A program made the position numbers and the translations under genes. Below the pieces are notes generated by a model. It worked only from the letters and a program-made list of their open reading frames with translations. It ran no database searches and was not told where the DNA came from. A stretch of DNA of 64,000 nt from an uncultured Bacteroides sp. (GTDB taxonomy: Bacteria > Bacillota > Clostridia > Christensenellales > CAG-917): assembly GCA_964644355.1 (NCBI GenBank), contig CAZXUW010000001.1, forward strand, positions 4,461 to 68,460, written 5' to 3'. This document shows positions 9,177 through 17,411 of this stretch, piece by piece. Numbering within the stretch: the first letter of the stretch is position 1; the number at the start of each line of letters is the position of its first letter.

Positions 9177-9233
9177 ATAATGAATAATTGCGGGTGGGGT
9201 ACTGCCTACACCCGAACGCACACTCGTTCATTG
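9177..9233 (+). repeat. Copy A of the stop-codon-anchored intergenic repeat family
   Basis: ATAATGAATAATTG-CGGGTGGGGTACTGCCTACACCCGAACGCACACTCGTTCATTG aligns with copies at 14817-14874 (+) and 54661-54718 (-). Internal stems are CGGGTG/CACCCG and GAACG/CGTTC. Confidence 0.6.
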
Positions 9234-9251
9234 TTTATTTGAAAACACTTC

Positions 9252-10124
9252 TTAAATTATTGCACGCATAATTTCTTCAAGTTTGCGTGAGTTTTCAGCC
9301 GTCATTTTGGTCAAGGGCAGTCGCATATCTGGATTGCACAAGCCTTTGAGTGCAAGAGCTTGTTTTATTGGGATTGGATTCACCTCGCAAAACAGAGTCG
9401 ATATCAAGGGCAAAAGTGCAAGTTGCATCTTGCTTGCTTTTGCAAAATCTCCGCGTAGGGCAGAGTCTGTCATATCTGTTATTTTTTTTGGCAGGAGGTT
9501 GCTTGCAACGCTTATGACGCCTTTTCCGCCCATTGCCATTGTCGGCACGGTGAGTGCATCATCTCCGCTGTAAACGCTCGCTTTGCCCTCTACAAGGCGA
9601 ATACACTCCATGATTTGCGACATGTTTCCGCTTGCCTCTTTGATTGCTACAACGTTGTCGTTTTCCTCCACAATGCGTTTGAAGGTGGAAGGGAGCAGAT
9701 TTACCCCCGTTCGAGAGGGAACGTTGTACAGAATAATGGGAAGACTCGTGGCACTTGCAATCCTTTTGTAGTGCTTCACGAGTCCTTCTTGCGTGCATTT
9801 ATTGTAGTATGGCGTGACAACGAGCAATGCGTTGACACCGAGCTGTTGAGCGGTTTTGCAAAGCTTTACGGCATGCTCCGTATCGTTGGAGCCGGCACCG
9901 ACAATCAAGGGAATTTTGTTTGCGATTTTGCTCTTTGCAATTTCAATGATTTGCCGTCTCTCACTTTGCGATAGCGTTGCACTTTCACCTGTAGTTCCAA
10001 GCAAAACAAGTGCGTTCACCCCGCCGTTAAGCTGATATTCTATGAGTTTTTCGAGAGCATTTTCATCCACTTTATCTTTGGCAAAAGGCGTAACCAAAGC
10101 GGTTGCCGTGCCCTCAAAAATCAT
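9252..10124 (-). CDS. dapA: 4-hydroxy-tetrahydrodipicolinate synthase
   Basis: 290 aa. ALVTPF, GTTGES.TLS, a YNVPSRTG-type motif and the overall DapA layout are present. It abuts the asd stop. Confidence 0.93.
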   Translation of the reverse strand: MIFEGTATALVTPFAKDKVDENALEKLIEYQLNGGVNALVLLGTTGESATLSQSERRQIIEIAKSKIANKIPLIVGAGSNDTEHAVKLCKTAQQLGVNALLVVTPYYNKCTQEGLVKHYKRIASATSLPIILYNVPSRTGVNLLPSTFKRIVEENDNVVAIKEASGNMSQIMECIRLVEGKASVYSGDDALTVPTMAMGGKGVISVASNLLPKKITDMTDSALRGDFAKASKMQLALLPLISTLFCEVNPIPIKQALALKGLCNPDMRLPLTKMTAENSRKLEEIMRAII

Positions 10125-11135
10125 TTATGCCTCCTCTGCGTTTTTGATGAGCAGTTCAACGATTTGAACAGCGTTTGTTGCGGCACCTTTGCGGATGTTG
10201 TCTGCAACCACCCACAGGTTTGCACCACTGTCAACACTGTCGTCAAGACGTATTCTGCCAACGTACACTTCGTCCTTGTTTTCTACGTCCAAAGGAGTGG
10301 GGTATACGCCGTTTTCAGGATCGTCCATAACGACGATATTTGCAAAATTATTGAGTGCGTTTACGATCTCGTCTTTTGAGCATTTTTGCACGAATTCGAC
10401 GTTTATCGACTCAGAATGACCGTAGAACACCGGAACTCGCACAGTTGTGGCTGTTATACGCAGGCTGTCGTCATGCAAAATCTTGCGTGTTTCGACAATC
10501 ATTTTCCACTCCTCTTTGGTGTATCCGTCTTGCATAAAGACGTCTATGTGGGGGAGTGTATTGTAGGCAATAGGACGAGGGAATTTCTTTGGGGCAACGC
10601 CGTTTATGCCGTCCTTCAAATCATTGTATCCTTGCACGCCTGCACCCGACACTGCTTGATAGGTTGAGTACACAATTCTCTTGATGCCAAACTTGTCGTA
10701 GAGCGGTTTGAGTGCAACGACTGCTTGAATTGTAGAGCAGTTTGGATTGGCAATTATACCCTTGTTCCACTTGACGTCCTCGGGATTGACCTCCGGCACC
10801 ACAAGCGGTACGTTTTCATCCATACGCCATTGAGAGGAGTTGTCCACAACGATGGCACCTGCTTCAACAAATATCGGAGCAAATTCTTTGGATACTCCAC
10901 CGCCTGCAGAGAATAGGGCAAAATCAACTTTGCCTTTGAGAGCAAGCACATTTTCGCGAGTAAGCTCGATAACCGTGTGCGCTTTGCTCATAAACTCGAT
11001 TTGCTTGCCTGCACTGCGTGCCGATGCAAAAAGATAGTAGTTTTCAACAGGAAGATTCTTTTCTTCCAATACTTCAAGAAACTTGTTGCCAACCATTCCG
11101 GTTGCACCAACCACAGCGATGTTAAATTTTTTCAT
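10125..11135 (-). CDS. asd: Aspartate-semialdehyde dehydrogenase
   Basis: 336 aa. N-terminal VVGATGMVG Rossmann motif and active-site NPNCSTI. SD GGAGG lies 5 nt before the ATG. Confidence 0.93.
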   Translation of the reverse strand: MKKFNIAVVGATGMVGNKFLEVLEEKNLPVENYYLFASARSAGKQIEFMSKAHTVIELTRENVLALKGKVDFALFSAGGGVSKEFAPIFVEAGAIVVDNSSQWRMDENVPLVVPEVNPEDVKWNKGIIANPNCSTIQAVVALKPLYDKFGIKRIVYSTYQAVSGAGVQGYNDLKDGINGVAPKKFPRPIAYNTLPHIDVFMQDGYTKEEWKMIVETRKILHDDSLRITATTVRVPVFYGHSESINVEFVQKCSKDEIVNALNNFANIVVMDDPENGVYPTPLDVENKDEVYVGRIRLDDSVDSGANLWVVADNIRKGAATNAVQIVELLIKNAEEA

Positions 11136-11162
11136 ACTGCCTCCATGCCCCTTATGTACAAA

Positions 11163-11191
11163 AATTTAGCACCGTATTTTGCGGATGTCAA
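11163..11191 (-). promoter_or_regulatory. Sigma-A-type promoter of asd-dapA
   Basis: On the minus strand: TTGACA (11191-11186), 17 nt, TAAATT (11168-11163). No riboswitch-sized leader follows. Confidence 0.5.
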
Positions 11192-11300
11192 TCAAATGTT
11201 GCATTCCTTATACAATATTTTATGTCGGGCAACACATTTTTGATTATAAAACTTGAAAATAGGGCTATGATTAATGAAAAAATATATTTTTATGTTTTGT

Positions 11301-11329
11301 TTGATATTTATCGTTTTATAATGTATAAT
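11301..11329 (+). promoter_or_regulatory. Sigma-A-type promoter of the 11361-14816 operon
   Basis: TTGATA (11301-11306), 17 nt, TATAAT (11324-11329), with TG immediately upstream. Confidence 0.55.
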
Positions 11330-11360
11330 TGATACTATCTATAGATATGTAGGAGTGTTT

Positions 11361-12497
11361 ATGGCAAACAACAATCCAAATTCAGCGTATAATATGCCAC
11401 AAAAGCCAAAGAAGCTTTTGCTTGGCAAACTTTTTACGGATGCTCAAGTCAAGGTTGAGCCCGAGGAGCCACAAAAGATGCTCGTTGCGGGGCTTGCCGA
11501 GGCAAGGATTCAAAAGGAATATCCGGACACTTTTTTCAAAAGAGCGGCGGCGGTTTTTAGAGGCGAATTCTCTTTGCTTTTCAAAGCATCGCTGTTTATG
11601 TTGATTTTTGCACTTCCGTTCATTGTGATGTACGTGTGGTTCCACGGCTACTTTGAGAGTATGACGTTGAGCGGTATTTACAACTTTATGGGCGATATCG
11701 GCGTCGGCTTCCCCGGTGGTGGAGATAGTATAGCGGTGAGCGTTGGCAATCTGTATCGCAACGTCAATATGCCCGTGATGGCTATGTACGGAGCATGCCT
11801 CCTCTTTGGTTCGCTGGGGTTGGCGGGCGTGTTCTATTGTGCAAAACGCAGTTATTATCAGAATTATTACAAGAATTTCACCCGCACTTTCTGGATGGGC
11901 TTTGCAAAGTATTGGTGGCAATTCTTGCTCACGGGGCTTTTCATGGTGGTTGTAGGACTTGGCATGGTTGAGGCTCTTATGTACCTTTTGGAGCAACAAG
12001 CTTTGGGTACGGCAGGCGCAGGTGCATATTGTGCGGTTGTGTTCAGCTGGATATTCGGTGCACCGCTTTTGTTGATCCCAATGATTATGATGGGCTTGCT
12101 CACAAGTTATCAACTCAACATTTGGCAGTGTTTCAAGAATGCAATCGTCATCATTGTCAACAATCTTGTCGTGGTGCCGTTTGTGGCAATCGTCAGTGCG
12201 ATTCCGCTTGTTATCCTTGTGTGGAACAACTGGCTTGGCACAATCGTGTGCGTCGCAATGGCTCTTATTGGTGCCACGTTCATGGCGCTTTGCTGGATAG
12301 CTCTTGCAAGCAGAGGTATGGTCAAGTGCAGAAATCGCCTTGAAGATTCCCAAAAGGCACAAAAGATCGCAGAGCGTAAAGCAGGCAAACAAAATCCGTA
12401 TACAAACGGCACGGTCGTTTCCAACAATCAAAAGAAGAAAAAACAACAACAAAACGCAAAACCATATCAAAATCCAAAGAAGAAAAAGAAAAAATAA
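11361..12497 (+). CDS. Polytopic membrane protein with a poly-lysine C-tail (unknown function)
   Basis: ATG 11361 lies 5 nt after AGGAG. There are several hydrophobic spans (FSLLFKASLFMLIFALPFIVMYVWF, LLFGSLGLAGVFY, WWQFLLTGLFMVVVGLGMV ..). The tail is ..QKKKKQQQNAKPYQNPKKKKKK. The stop overlaps the next start (TAATG). Confidence 0.7.
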   Translation: MANNNPNSAYNMPQKPKKLLLGKLFTDAQVKVEPEEPQKMLVAGLAEARIQKEYPDTFFKRAAAVFRGEFSLLFKASLFMLIFALPFIVMYVWFHGYFESMTLSGIYNFMGDIGVGFPGGGDSIAVSVGNLYRNVNMPVMAMYGACLLFGSLGLAGVFYCAKRSYYQNYYKNFTRTFWMGFAKYWWQFLLTGLFMVVVGLGMVEALMYLLEQQALGTAGAGAYCAVVFSWIFGAPLLLIPMIMMGLLTSYQLNIWQCFKNAIVIIVNNLVVVPFVAIVSAIPLVILVWNNWLGTIVCVAMALIGATFMALCWIALASRGMVKCRNRLEDSQKAQKIAERKAGKQNPYTNGTVVSNNQKKKKQQQNAKPYQNPKKKKKK

Positions 12498-14212
12498 TGG
12501 CACAAGTTTTGGGTTTCAACCTATCAAAAGAGGATTATTTGAACCTTGCCAAAGAGGCTTTTTCACAAGATCAGATCGAAAAGGGAATTGCCAATTTGAA
12601 AAAGGCTTTGACAAGCGATGCTACTTTCACAGATGCATCGCTTGCACTTTCTAATGCCTATGCGTCTTTGGGAGCGTGGGAGATGGCAAATCAAGTGCTG
12701 TTCGATGCTCTTGCCACTCATCCCTGCGAGAAGGATAGAAATGATATTTTCTATCAGCTGGCAATGAATTTTTTGGACTTGAAACTTGTTGACACTGCAG
12801 AATATTATTTGAGAGATATTGCCGATGCGTTCGGCTTGGAAATCCCCGACAATTTGGACGAGATTGTGGACGACTCTCAACATGGGAGCGGTTTTAAGGT
12901 GGTGTATCCGCACGGTGACGATTATTATGAAAAGATTGTCGCAAACGGATACAAACTTTTGCATGAGCATCGTTTTGACGAGCTTGTCGCACTCATGGAC
13001 GAGGTGGATCCCAAGTCAAAACTGAAAAATACCGCCAATCATCTTGTGCTTGTTGCACTCATGATGAAAAACGATATTGACAGCGTGATTGCAAATGCAC
13101 AAAAAATGCTTGCACAAGACAAGGACAATTTGTCTGTGAAATGCACGCTTGCAACCGCATATTTGATGGAAGAAAAAAGCACGGAAGCATATGCGGTGAT
13201 TGATGAAATCCTCAGCAAAGATTACACGGATATGAGTGATGTGCTGATGATATTGCCCATTTTGGTGAATCTTGAGATGCATGCGGAAGTGGTTAAATAC
13301 ACACGCCTGGTTCTTGCAACTTTGGATATTCAACCTTGCACGCTGTTGTGGCTATCGCAAGCACTATACAACTTGGGACAGAAGGACGAGGCTCGCAGAA
13401 CAATGGTGAAGGCTCGCACGATATTTGCGGATAGTTCGCCTGCACAATACTATCTTGACTTATACGCTCAAAACCCCGAAAAAGTGGACTATTCTTTGGA
13501 GTTGCCATATTCCGAAAAGATGACAAGATACAAGAAATTGGAGACGTTTTTGAAGATGTCTCCGGTGGGGATTCAGCACGTTGTGGACGACAAAGACGAT
13601 GAGTGCGAAAAGATGCGTGAGTTGCTCAACTGGGCTTTTATCGGCAACGGAGAGAAACTTAAACTGCTGATTGCGGAAAATTTGTCAAAAGTTACATCCG
13701 CTTGGGTTGATAAATTTGTGAGAAAAAAACTTGTGTCGGTGGATCTATCGTTTGATCTTATGTCACGGCTTATGTTTTGTCTTGTCAAGGACAATTGCTT
13801 CAAGCTTTGCTTTGACGTGGTGGCACAGGACAGATTTAAGAGCATTGAGATAACTTTCCCCGATGCGTTCTACAAGATGCCACTATCTTTGCACGGTGCG
13901 ATTGCTTATTGCTATGCGGACATCGTGTTCACCGACGAGGAACCGAATGAGTATCTTGCAAGACTCACAAGCATAATCAACGGCATGGTGAGCCTTGATG
14001 AGAACGGCAAGCTTAAATATGCAAAACCTCAATACAAGAGGTTGTCAACACTCAGAAGCACTCACACGTTGATTGGAGTGTTGCTCTGCAAGGTGTATGA
14101 GGACGAGGACGAAAATATGAAGGAGATCACAGTCAGACGATATGAGCTGAATGAGAGAACTTTCAATAAATATTATGATTTGATTTTTGGAGACGACGAT
14201 GGACGAGAGTAA
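12497..14212 (+). CDS. TPR-like helical-repeat protein (unknown function)
   Basis: 571 aa. The N-terminal half has TPR-like A/L/Y periodicity (..ALSNAYASLGAWEMANQVLFDAL.., ..LSQALYNLGQKDEARRTM..). It is translationally coupled on both sides. Confidence 0.65.
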   Translation: MAQVLGFNLSKEDYLNLAKEAFSQDQIEKGIANLKKALTSDATFTDASLALSNAYASLGAWEMANQVLFDALATHPCEKDRNDIFYQLAMNFLDLKLVDTAEYYLRDIADAFGLEIPDNLDEIVDDSQHGSGFKVVYPHGDDYYEKIVANGYKLLHEHRFDELVALMDEVDPKSKLKNTANHLVLVALMMKNDIDSVIANAQKMLAQDKDNLSVKCTLATAYLMEEKSTEAYAVIDEILSKDYTDMSDVLMILPILVNLEMHAEVVKYTRLVLATLDIQPCTLLWLSQALYNLGQKDEARRTMVKARTIFADSSPAQYYLDLYAQNPEKVDYSLELPYSEKMTRYKKLETFLKMSPVGIQHVVDDKDDECEKMRELLNWAFIGNGEKLKLLIAENLSKVTSAWVDKFVRKKLVSVDLSFDLMSRLMFCLVKDNCFKLCFDVVAQDRFKSIEITFPDAFYKMPLSLHGAIAYCYADIVFTDEEPNEYLARLTSIINGMVSLDENGKLKYAKPQYKRLSTLRSTHTLIGVLLCKVYEDEDENMKEITVRRYELNERTFNKYYDLIFGDDDGRE

Positions 14213-14816
14213 ATCAAAAGACGAGATGCTTGGCAAACTCAACACAATGTTGGACGAAAGTCTTTCTTACGCAACAAGGCTTGATGCTTATGAATATTTG
14301 CTTGAGGACTGCGAGCCGATTGTTGAAAATATGGTTGAAAAGATTTATGCCCTTGAGGGCGAAACGGGCAAAATGCTCATGGAAGTGCTTGCTCAATACA
14401 AGGGCAACAAAGCCATTTTCATGGGGCTTGTCAGCTATCTGTACAAGGGAGAGGACGTTGCTCTTTTTGCAAGGCTTATCGGCTCATACGGTGATGAGCA
14501 GGGCATAGAGGTCATCAAAACTTTCTGCGAAAGCTATGAGCCTAATTACAATGAGTATATGGAGCTTCGCAACGCCGTTGAAGAATTGGGCGGTGATTTT
14601 GATTTGAAGCAAGATTTTTCAGACGATCCGTTTTATCGTTTCCTGAAAGGTCTTGACGAGGAAGATGAGGATAGCAGAAGATCTCCGTTTGAAGATTATT
14701 TCAACTCCTCCAACGAGCACCATCACCACCATCACGATGATGACGACGATTGTGACTGTTGTGACCATGACGATTGTGACGATGATGATTGTGATTGTTG
14801 CGACGACGAAGATTAA
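14199..14816 (+). CDS. Acidic helical protein ending in a His6 + Asp/Cys-only tail (putative metal-binding)
   Basis: ATG 14199 lies 7 nt after GGAG and overlaps the upstream gene's last 14 nt. The C-terminus is ..NSSNEHHHHHHDDDDDCDCCDHDDCDDDDCDCCDDED. Confidence 0.7.
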   Translation: MDESKSKDEMLGKLNTMLDESLSYATRLDAYEYLLEDCEPIVENMVEKIYALEGETGKMLMEVLAQYKGNKAIFMGLVSYLYKGEDVALFARLIGSYGDEQGIEVIKTFCESYEPNYNEYMELRNAVEELGGDFDLKQDFSDDPFYRFLKGLDEEDEDSRRSPFEDYFNSSNEHHHHHHDDDDDCDCCDHDDCDDDDCDCCDDED

Positions 14817-14874
14817 TTAATGAATAATGAATAATTGGGGGGCTCTGCCCACACACGAACGCTCACTTATTCGA
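14817..14874 (+). repeat. Copy B of the stop-codon-anchored intergenic repeat family
   Basis: TTAATGAATAATGAATAATTGGGGGGCTCTGCCCACACACGAACGCTCACTTATTCGA starts directly after the TAA at 14814-16. It fills almost the entire 60-nt gap to the convergent gene's stop at 14877. Confidence 0.65.
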
Positions 14875-14876
14875 TT

Positions 14877-15887
14877 TTATACGCAACCTAGATTGGCACG
14901 CTTTGCGTGCTTTTCTTTTGCCGTTTTTATTATGTAAATTGCAAGACGCACAATTACTATTGCCGTCAACACAATTCCGCAGACACTGTTGAAAGGGTAG
15001 AGATTGTCAACGATATTGTCAAAGCCAAAGAAGCTCAACGGATATGCTATGAGCAAGCAAAAGAACACCACAAAAGACTTGTGATTTTCATCCGCAACAA
15101 ATTGTAAACGCTTTGTGTGGCGGGCAAAATCAATCACGCTGTCACTCACGATTTTCAGCGAGGATACGAGGGTTGTGAAGATTGCTCCGGCAATCAAAAC
15201 ACCAGAGAAAAATTTTAGGTGAAGTTGTTCAGAAATTGCCAAAACGGGCATTAAACTGCCGTTTGTGTCAGATAAAACTACCGTTTGGAGCATAAACAGC
15301 ATTGCAAACATAAATATGCAGATAATGATGCAAGATGCAAATATTTGTTTGAAGGTGAGCTGTTCGCCCTCTTTGGATATCACCACCCCACCGAGCAAAA
15401 CGTCCAATCCGCTATACAGAATCGGCTTTGAGAGCGAGAAGGGGAGCGTGTAGGACGGTGTGTCAAGTCTTGCAAAAATCAAAGCTATTGACAGCACTAT
15501 CAGCGGTACGATTATGACGTTGAGAATGCGTATTTTTTCTATGCCCAGCACAACTATCGCACCGCCAAGAATTGTCATAGTAAGTCCAAAGACAAGCGGG
15601 ATCCCGCTCATCGATTGCATGATATAATCACCGCCTGCAAGCATGGAGCATAAAGATATGCTTGCGGATAGAAAGATAAAGAAGCCAACTATTCTGCCTT
15701 TGGGCATAAGTCCCAACTTGCCGGCTATCAAGAATAGTGCACACAGCAAGGACATAAACACGGATGAGATTGCCACGTTGAGAGGAGATGCCTCTCCAAA
15801 GTAAAGTGCGATTTCTCGCCCCGACGAGAAGCCTGCTCCTATTGCCGTACCGATGTATAATGCGGATGTTTTGAGAGATTTTTTCAC
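14877..15887 (-). CDS. YkvI-family membrane protein (putative transporter)
   Basis: 336 aa with a GTG start. YIGTAIGAGFSSGREI matches the YkvI-family GAGFASGQE signature, and there are about 10 hydrophobic spans. Confidence 0.7.
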   Translation of the reverse strand: MKKSLKTSALYIGTAIGAGFSSGREIALYFGEASPLNVAISSVFMSLLCALFLIAGKLGLMPKGRIVGFFIFLSASISLCSMLAGGDYIMQSMSGIPLVFGLTMTILGGAIVVLGIEKIRILNVIIVPLIVLSIALIFARLDTPSYTLPFSLSKPILYSGLDVLLGGVVISKEGEQLTFKQIFASCIIICIFMFAMLFMLQTVVLSDTNGSLMPVLAISEQLHLKFFSGVLIAGAIFTTLVSSLKIVSDSVIDFARHTKRLQFVADENHKSFVVFFCLLIAYPLSFFGFDNIVDNLYPFNSVCGIVLTAIVIVRLAIYIIKTAKEKHAKRANLGCV

Positions 15888-16014
15888 GAGAAATTATATG
15901 ATGGATTATCCAAAAATATGAACGTGCAATTTTGCCTATAAAGCAAGGCGATTGTGGATGTTGCTTATAGTTACCGCAACAAATTGTGTTTCGACAAAAA
16001 ATATCAAATTATGC

Positions 16015-16043
16015 TTGAAATAGTTTTGTTTTCGTTGTAATAT
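16015..16043 (+). promoter_or_regulatory. Sigma-A-type promoter of the DUF4364 gene
   Basis: TTGAAA (16015-16020), 17 nt, TAATAT (16038-16043), with TG upstream. Confidence 0.5.
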
Positions 16044-16105
16044 TTGAAATCGTAAACGCATTGCTTTTGACAAGATTGCAATGCACGCTTTTGAGGGTTC
16101 AACTT

Positions 16106-16651
16106 ATGGGATACGAACAAGACTCTTTCATCACCAATCAACCGCTTGACAGCAAGGTGCAAAAACTTGTGATTCTTTTCGTATTCGACAAAATGGCAAT
16201 TCCCCTTGCCGAAAGCACTTTGCTTGACATATGCTCATCGGACAACAACTGGCTCAGCTATATGGAATGCAAGCAATGTCTCATCGAGCTGTTGGACACC
16301 AATCTCGTCTATAGAGTGCCAAAGGGTGACATGCTCAACATCACGCAAGACGGCATAAGTTGCCTATCCTTGTTTTTCACCAAGATTCCGTCATCCATCC
16401 GTGACGAAATTGTGTCATATGCTCGTGAAAATCGCATGCGTTTCAAAAAACGACAATCATATTTTTGCGATTATTCCAAAAATGCAGACGGCACCTACAC
16501 CGTGATTATGCGTATCAACAACGACATCACCACGCTTATGGAAATCAAACTTGTGGTTGCCAACCGTCAGCATGCAAAATATCTTTACAAAAACTGGGTT
16601 GACAAGGCGTCCACCACTTACTCGCTTATCTACGACAATTTGATTGAATAA
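16106..16651 (+). CDS. DUF4364 family protein (Clostridia-typical, putative regulator)
   Basis: ATG 16106 follows GAGGG. KLVILFVFDKMAIPLAESTLLDICSSDNNWLSYMECKQCLIELLDTNLV follows the DUF4364 pattern (K.xIL..L....PL....I..F.......Y...QQ.L.EL...L). Confidence 0.65.
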   Translation: MGYEQDSFITNQPLDSKVQKLVILFVFDKMAIPLAESTLLDICSSDNNWLSYMECKQCLIELLDTNLVYRVPKGDMLNITQDGISCLSLFFTKIPSSIRDEIVSYARENRMRFKKRQSYFCDYSKNADGTYTVIMRINNDITTLMEIKLVVANRQHAKYLYKNWVDKASTTYSLIYDNLIE

Positions 16652-16702
16652 GGATTGTTTTGGTGATGAAATCTCAAAAATACCGTGTTTAACAAATGAT
16701 AC

Positions 16703-16750
16703 AAAACGGCACTTTATCTGCATAAAATTTGCAAATAAAGTGCCGTTTTT
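16703..16750. terminator. Bidirectional terminator between convergent genes
   Basis: AAAACGGCACTTTA (16703-16716) pairs with TAAAGTGCCGTTTT (16736-16749). An A-run lies upstream and a T-run downstream. Confidence 0.8.
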
Positions 16751-16772
16751 GCAATATTGCGACTTTAATCAA

Positions 16773-17411
16773 TCAATCCTCATCGTTTGTTTTTTCAACG
16801 TTTGCAACATCACTTGCATCGTCATTGATGTCTTTGGTTTGCTTTGTGCGGAGTGCAGACATTTGTGTTTTTGGACGTATTTTTTCAAGTCTACCGACGT
16901 ATAGCACAAGTATTGCAATGAGTGTTGACACCACTGCTTGCACGATGTTTTTGGGTAGGGATACGAGTGCCGATTCGAGAGTGCCGTAAAAGAGCCATTT
17001 GCACAAAAAATATCCGCCTGCCATAAACGTTGTGCACAGCAAACAATTGAGCGTGGCAAACAAAATTTTGAGAGCTTTTTGCTTTTTTGTGGGGGCTGAA
17101 AACCTATCGAATTTTGCGTAAATAACCTTGAATAATAAGCCTGCAACAAGCCCTTCGATTGCCTTGATGATCAAGGTGTACACCATGGTTGCAGGGTAGG
17201 TGGTTAGGTCGGCAAGAAAGGCTCCCAAGCCTCCTGCTATCATTGCGGTGAGAGGGTTGAACAGTGCCCCTGCAATCAAAATTGCGCCGTCACCGATGTT
17301 GAAATTGTACGCACCTGCGGTTATGCCAATGAGGGTGCACACATACACAATTGCCGTCATAAGCCCCGTGTAGGCTACAAATCTGATAGAGAACTTTGCT
17401 TCATTTTTCAT
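16773..17411 (-). CDS. ribU: ECF-transporter S component, riboflavin-specific by riboswitch context (RibU-like)
   Basis: The true start is ATG 17411 (MKNEAKFSIRF..), directly after the riboswitch terminator. It is a ~6-TM protein with the ECF-S motif GDGAILIAGALFNPLTAMIAGGLGAFLADL. The substrate assignment rests on the FMN riboswitch. Confidence 0.75.
   Translation of the reverse strand: MKNEAKFSIRFVAYTGLMTAIVYVCTLIGITAGAYNFNIGDGAILIAGALFNPLTAMIAGGLGAFLADLTTYPATMVYTLIIKAIEGLVAGLLFKVIYAKFDRFSAPTKKQKALKILFATLNCLLCTTFMAGGYFLCKWLFYGTLESALVSLPKNIVQAVVSTLIAILVLYVGRLEKIRPKTQMSALRTKQTKDINDDASDVANVEKTNDED

Noticed and set aside
11136-11300. I looked for an L-box (lysine) riboswitch upstream of asd-dapA.
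   Set aside because: Only ~25 nt lie between the predicted -10 and the SD. No L-box-like conserved helices are present, and the promoter sits directly in front of the gene.
11382-12503. A 373-aa ORF runs fully antisense to the 11361-12497 membrane-protein gene, spanning nearly the same coordinates.
   Set aside because: The translation is His/Cys/Arg/Lys-rich with no domain-like pattern, no SD and no promoter. The plus-strand ORF has clean TM helices, an SD, and is translationally coupled to the next gene. This looks like a codon-bias shadow ORF.
14817-14840. The AT block of the stop-anchored repeats (GATAATGAATAATTG / TGAATAATGAATAAT) looks like a Fur/PerR/Zur box.
   Set aside because: Fur-family boxes are inverted 7-1-7 repeats (TGATAATnATTATCA). 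Here the heptads are direct repeats. The resemblance is what AT-rich sequence gives by chance, and the position (3' of genes) is wrong for an operator.
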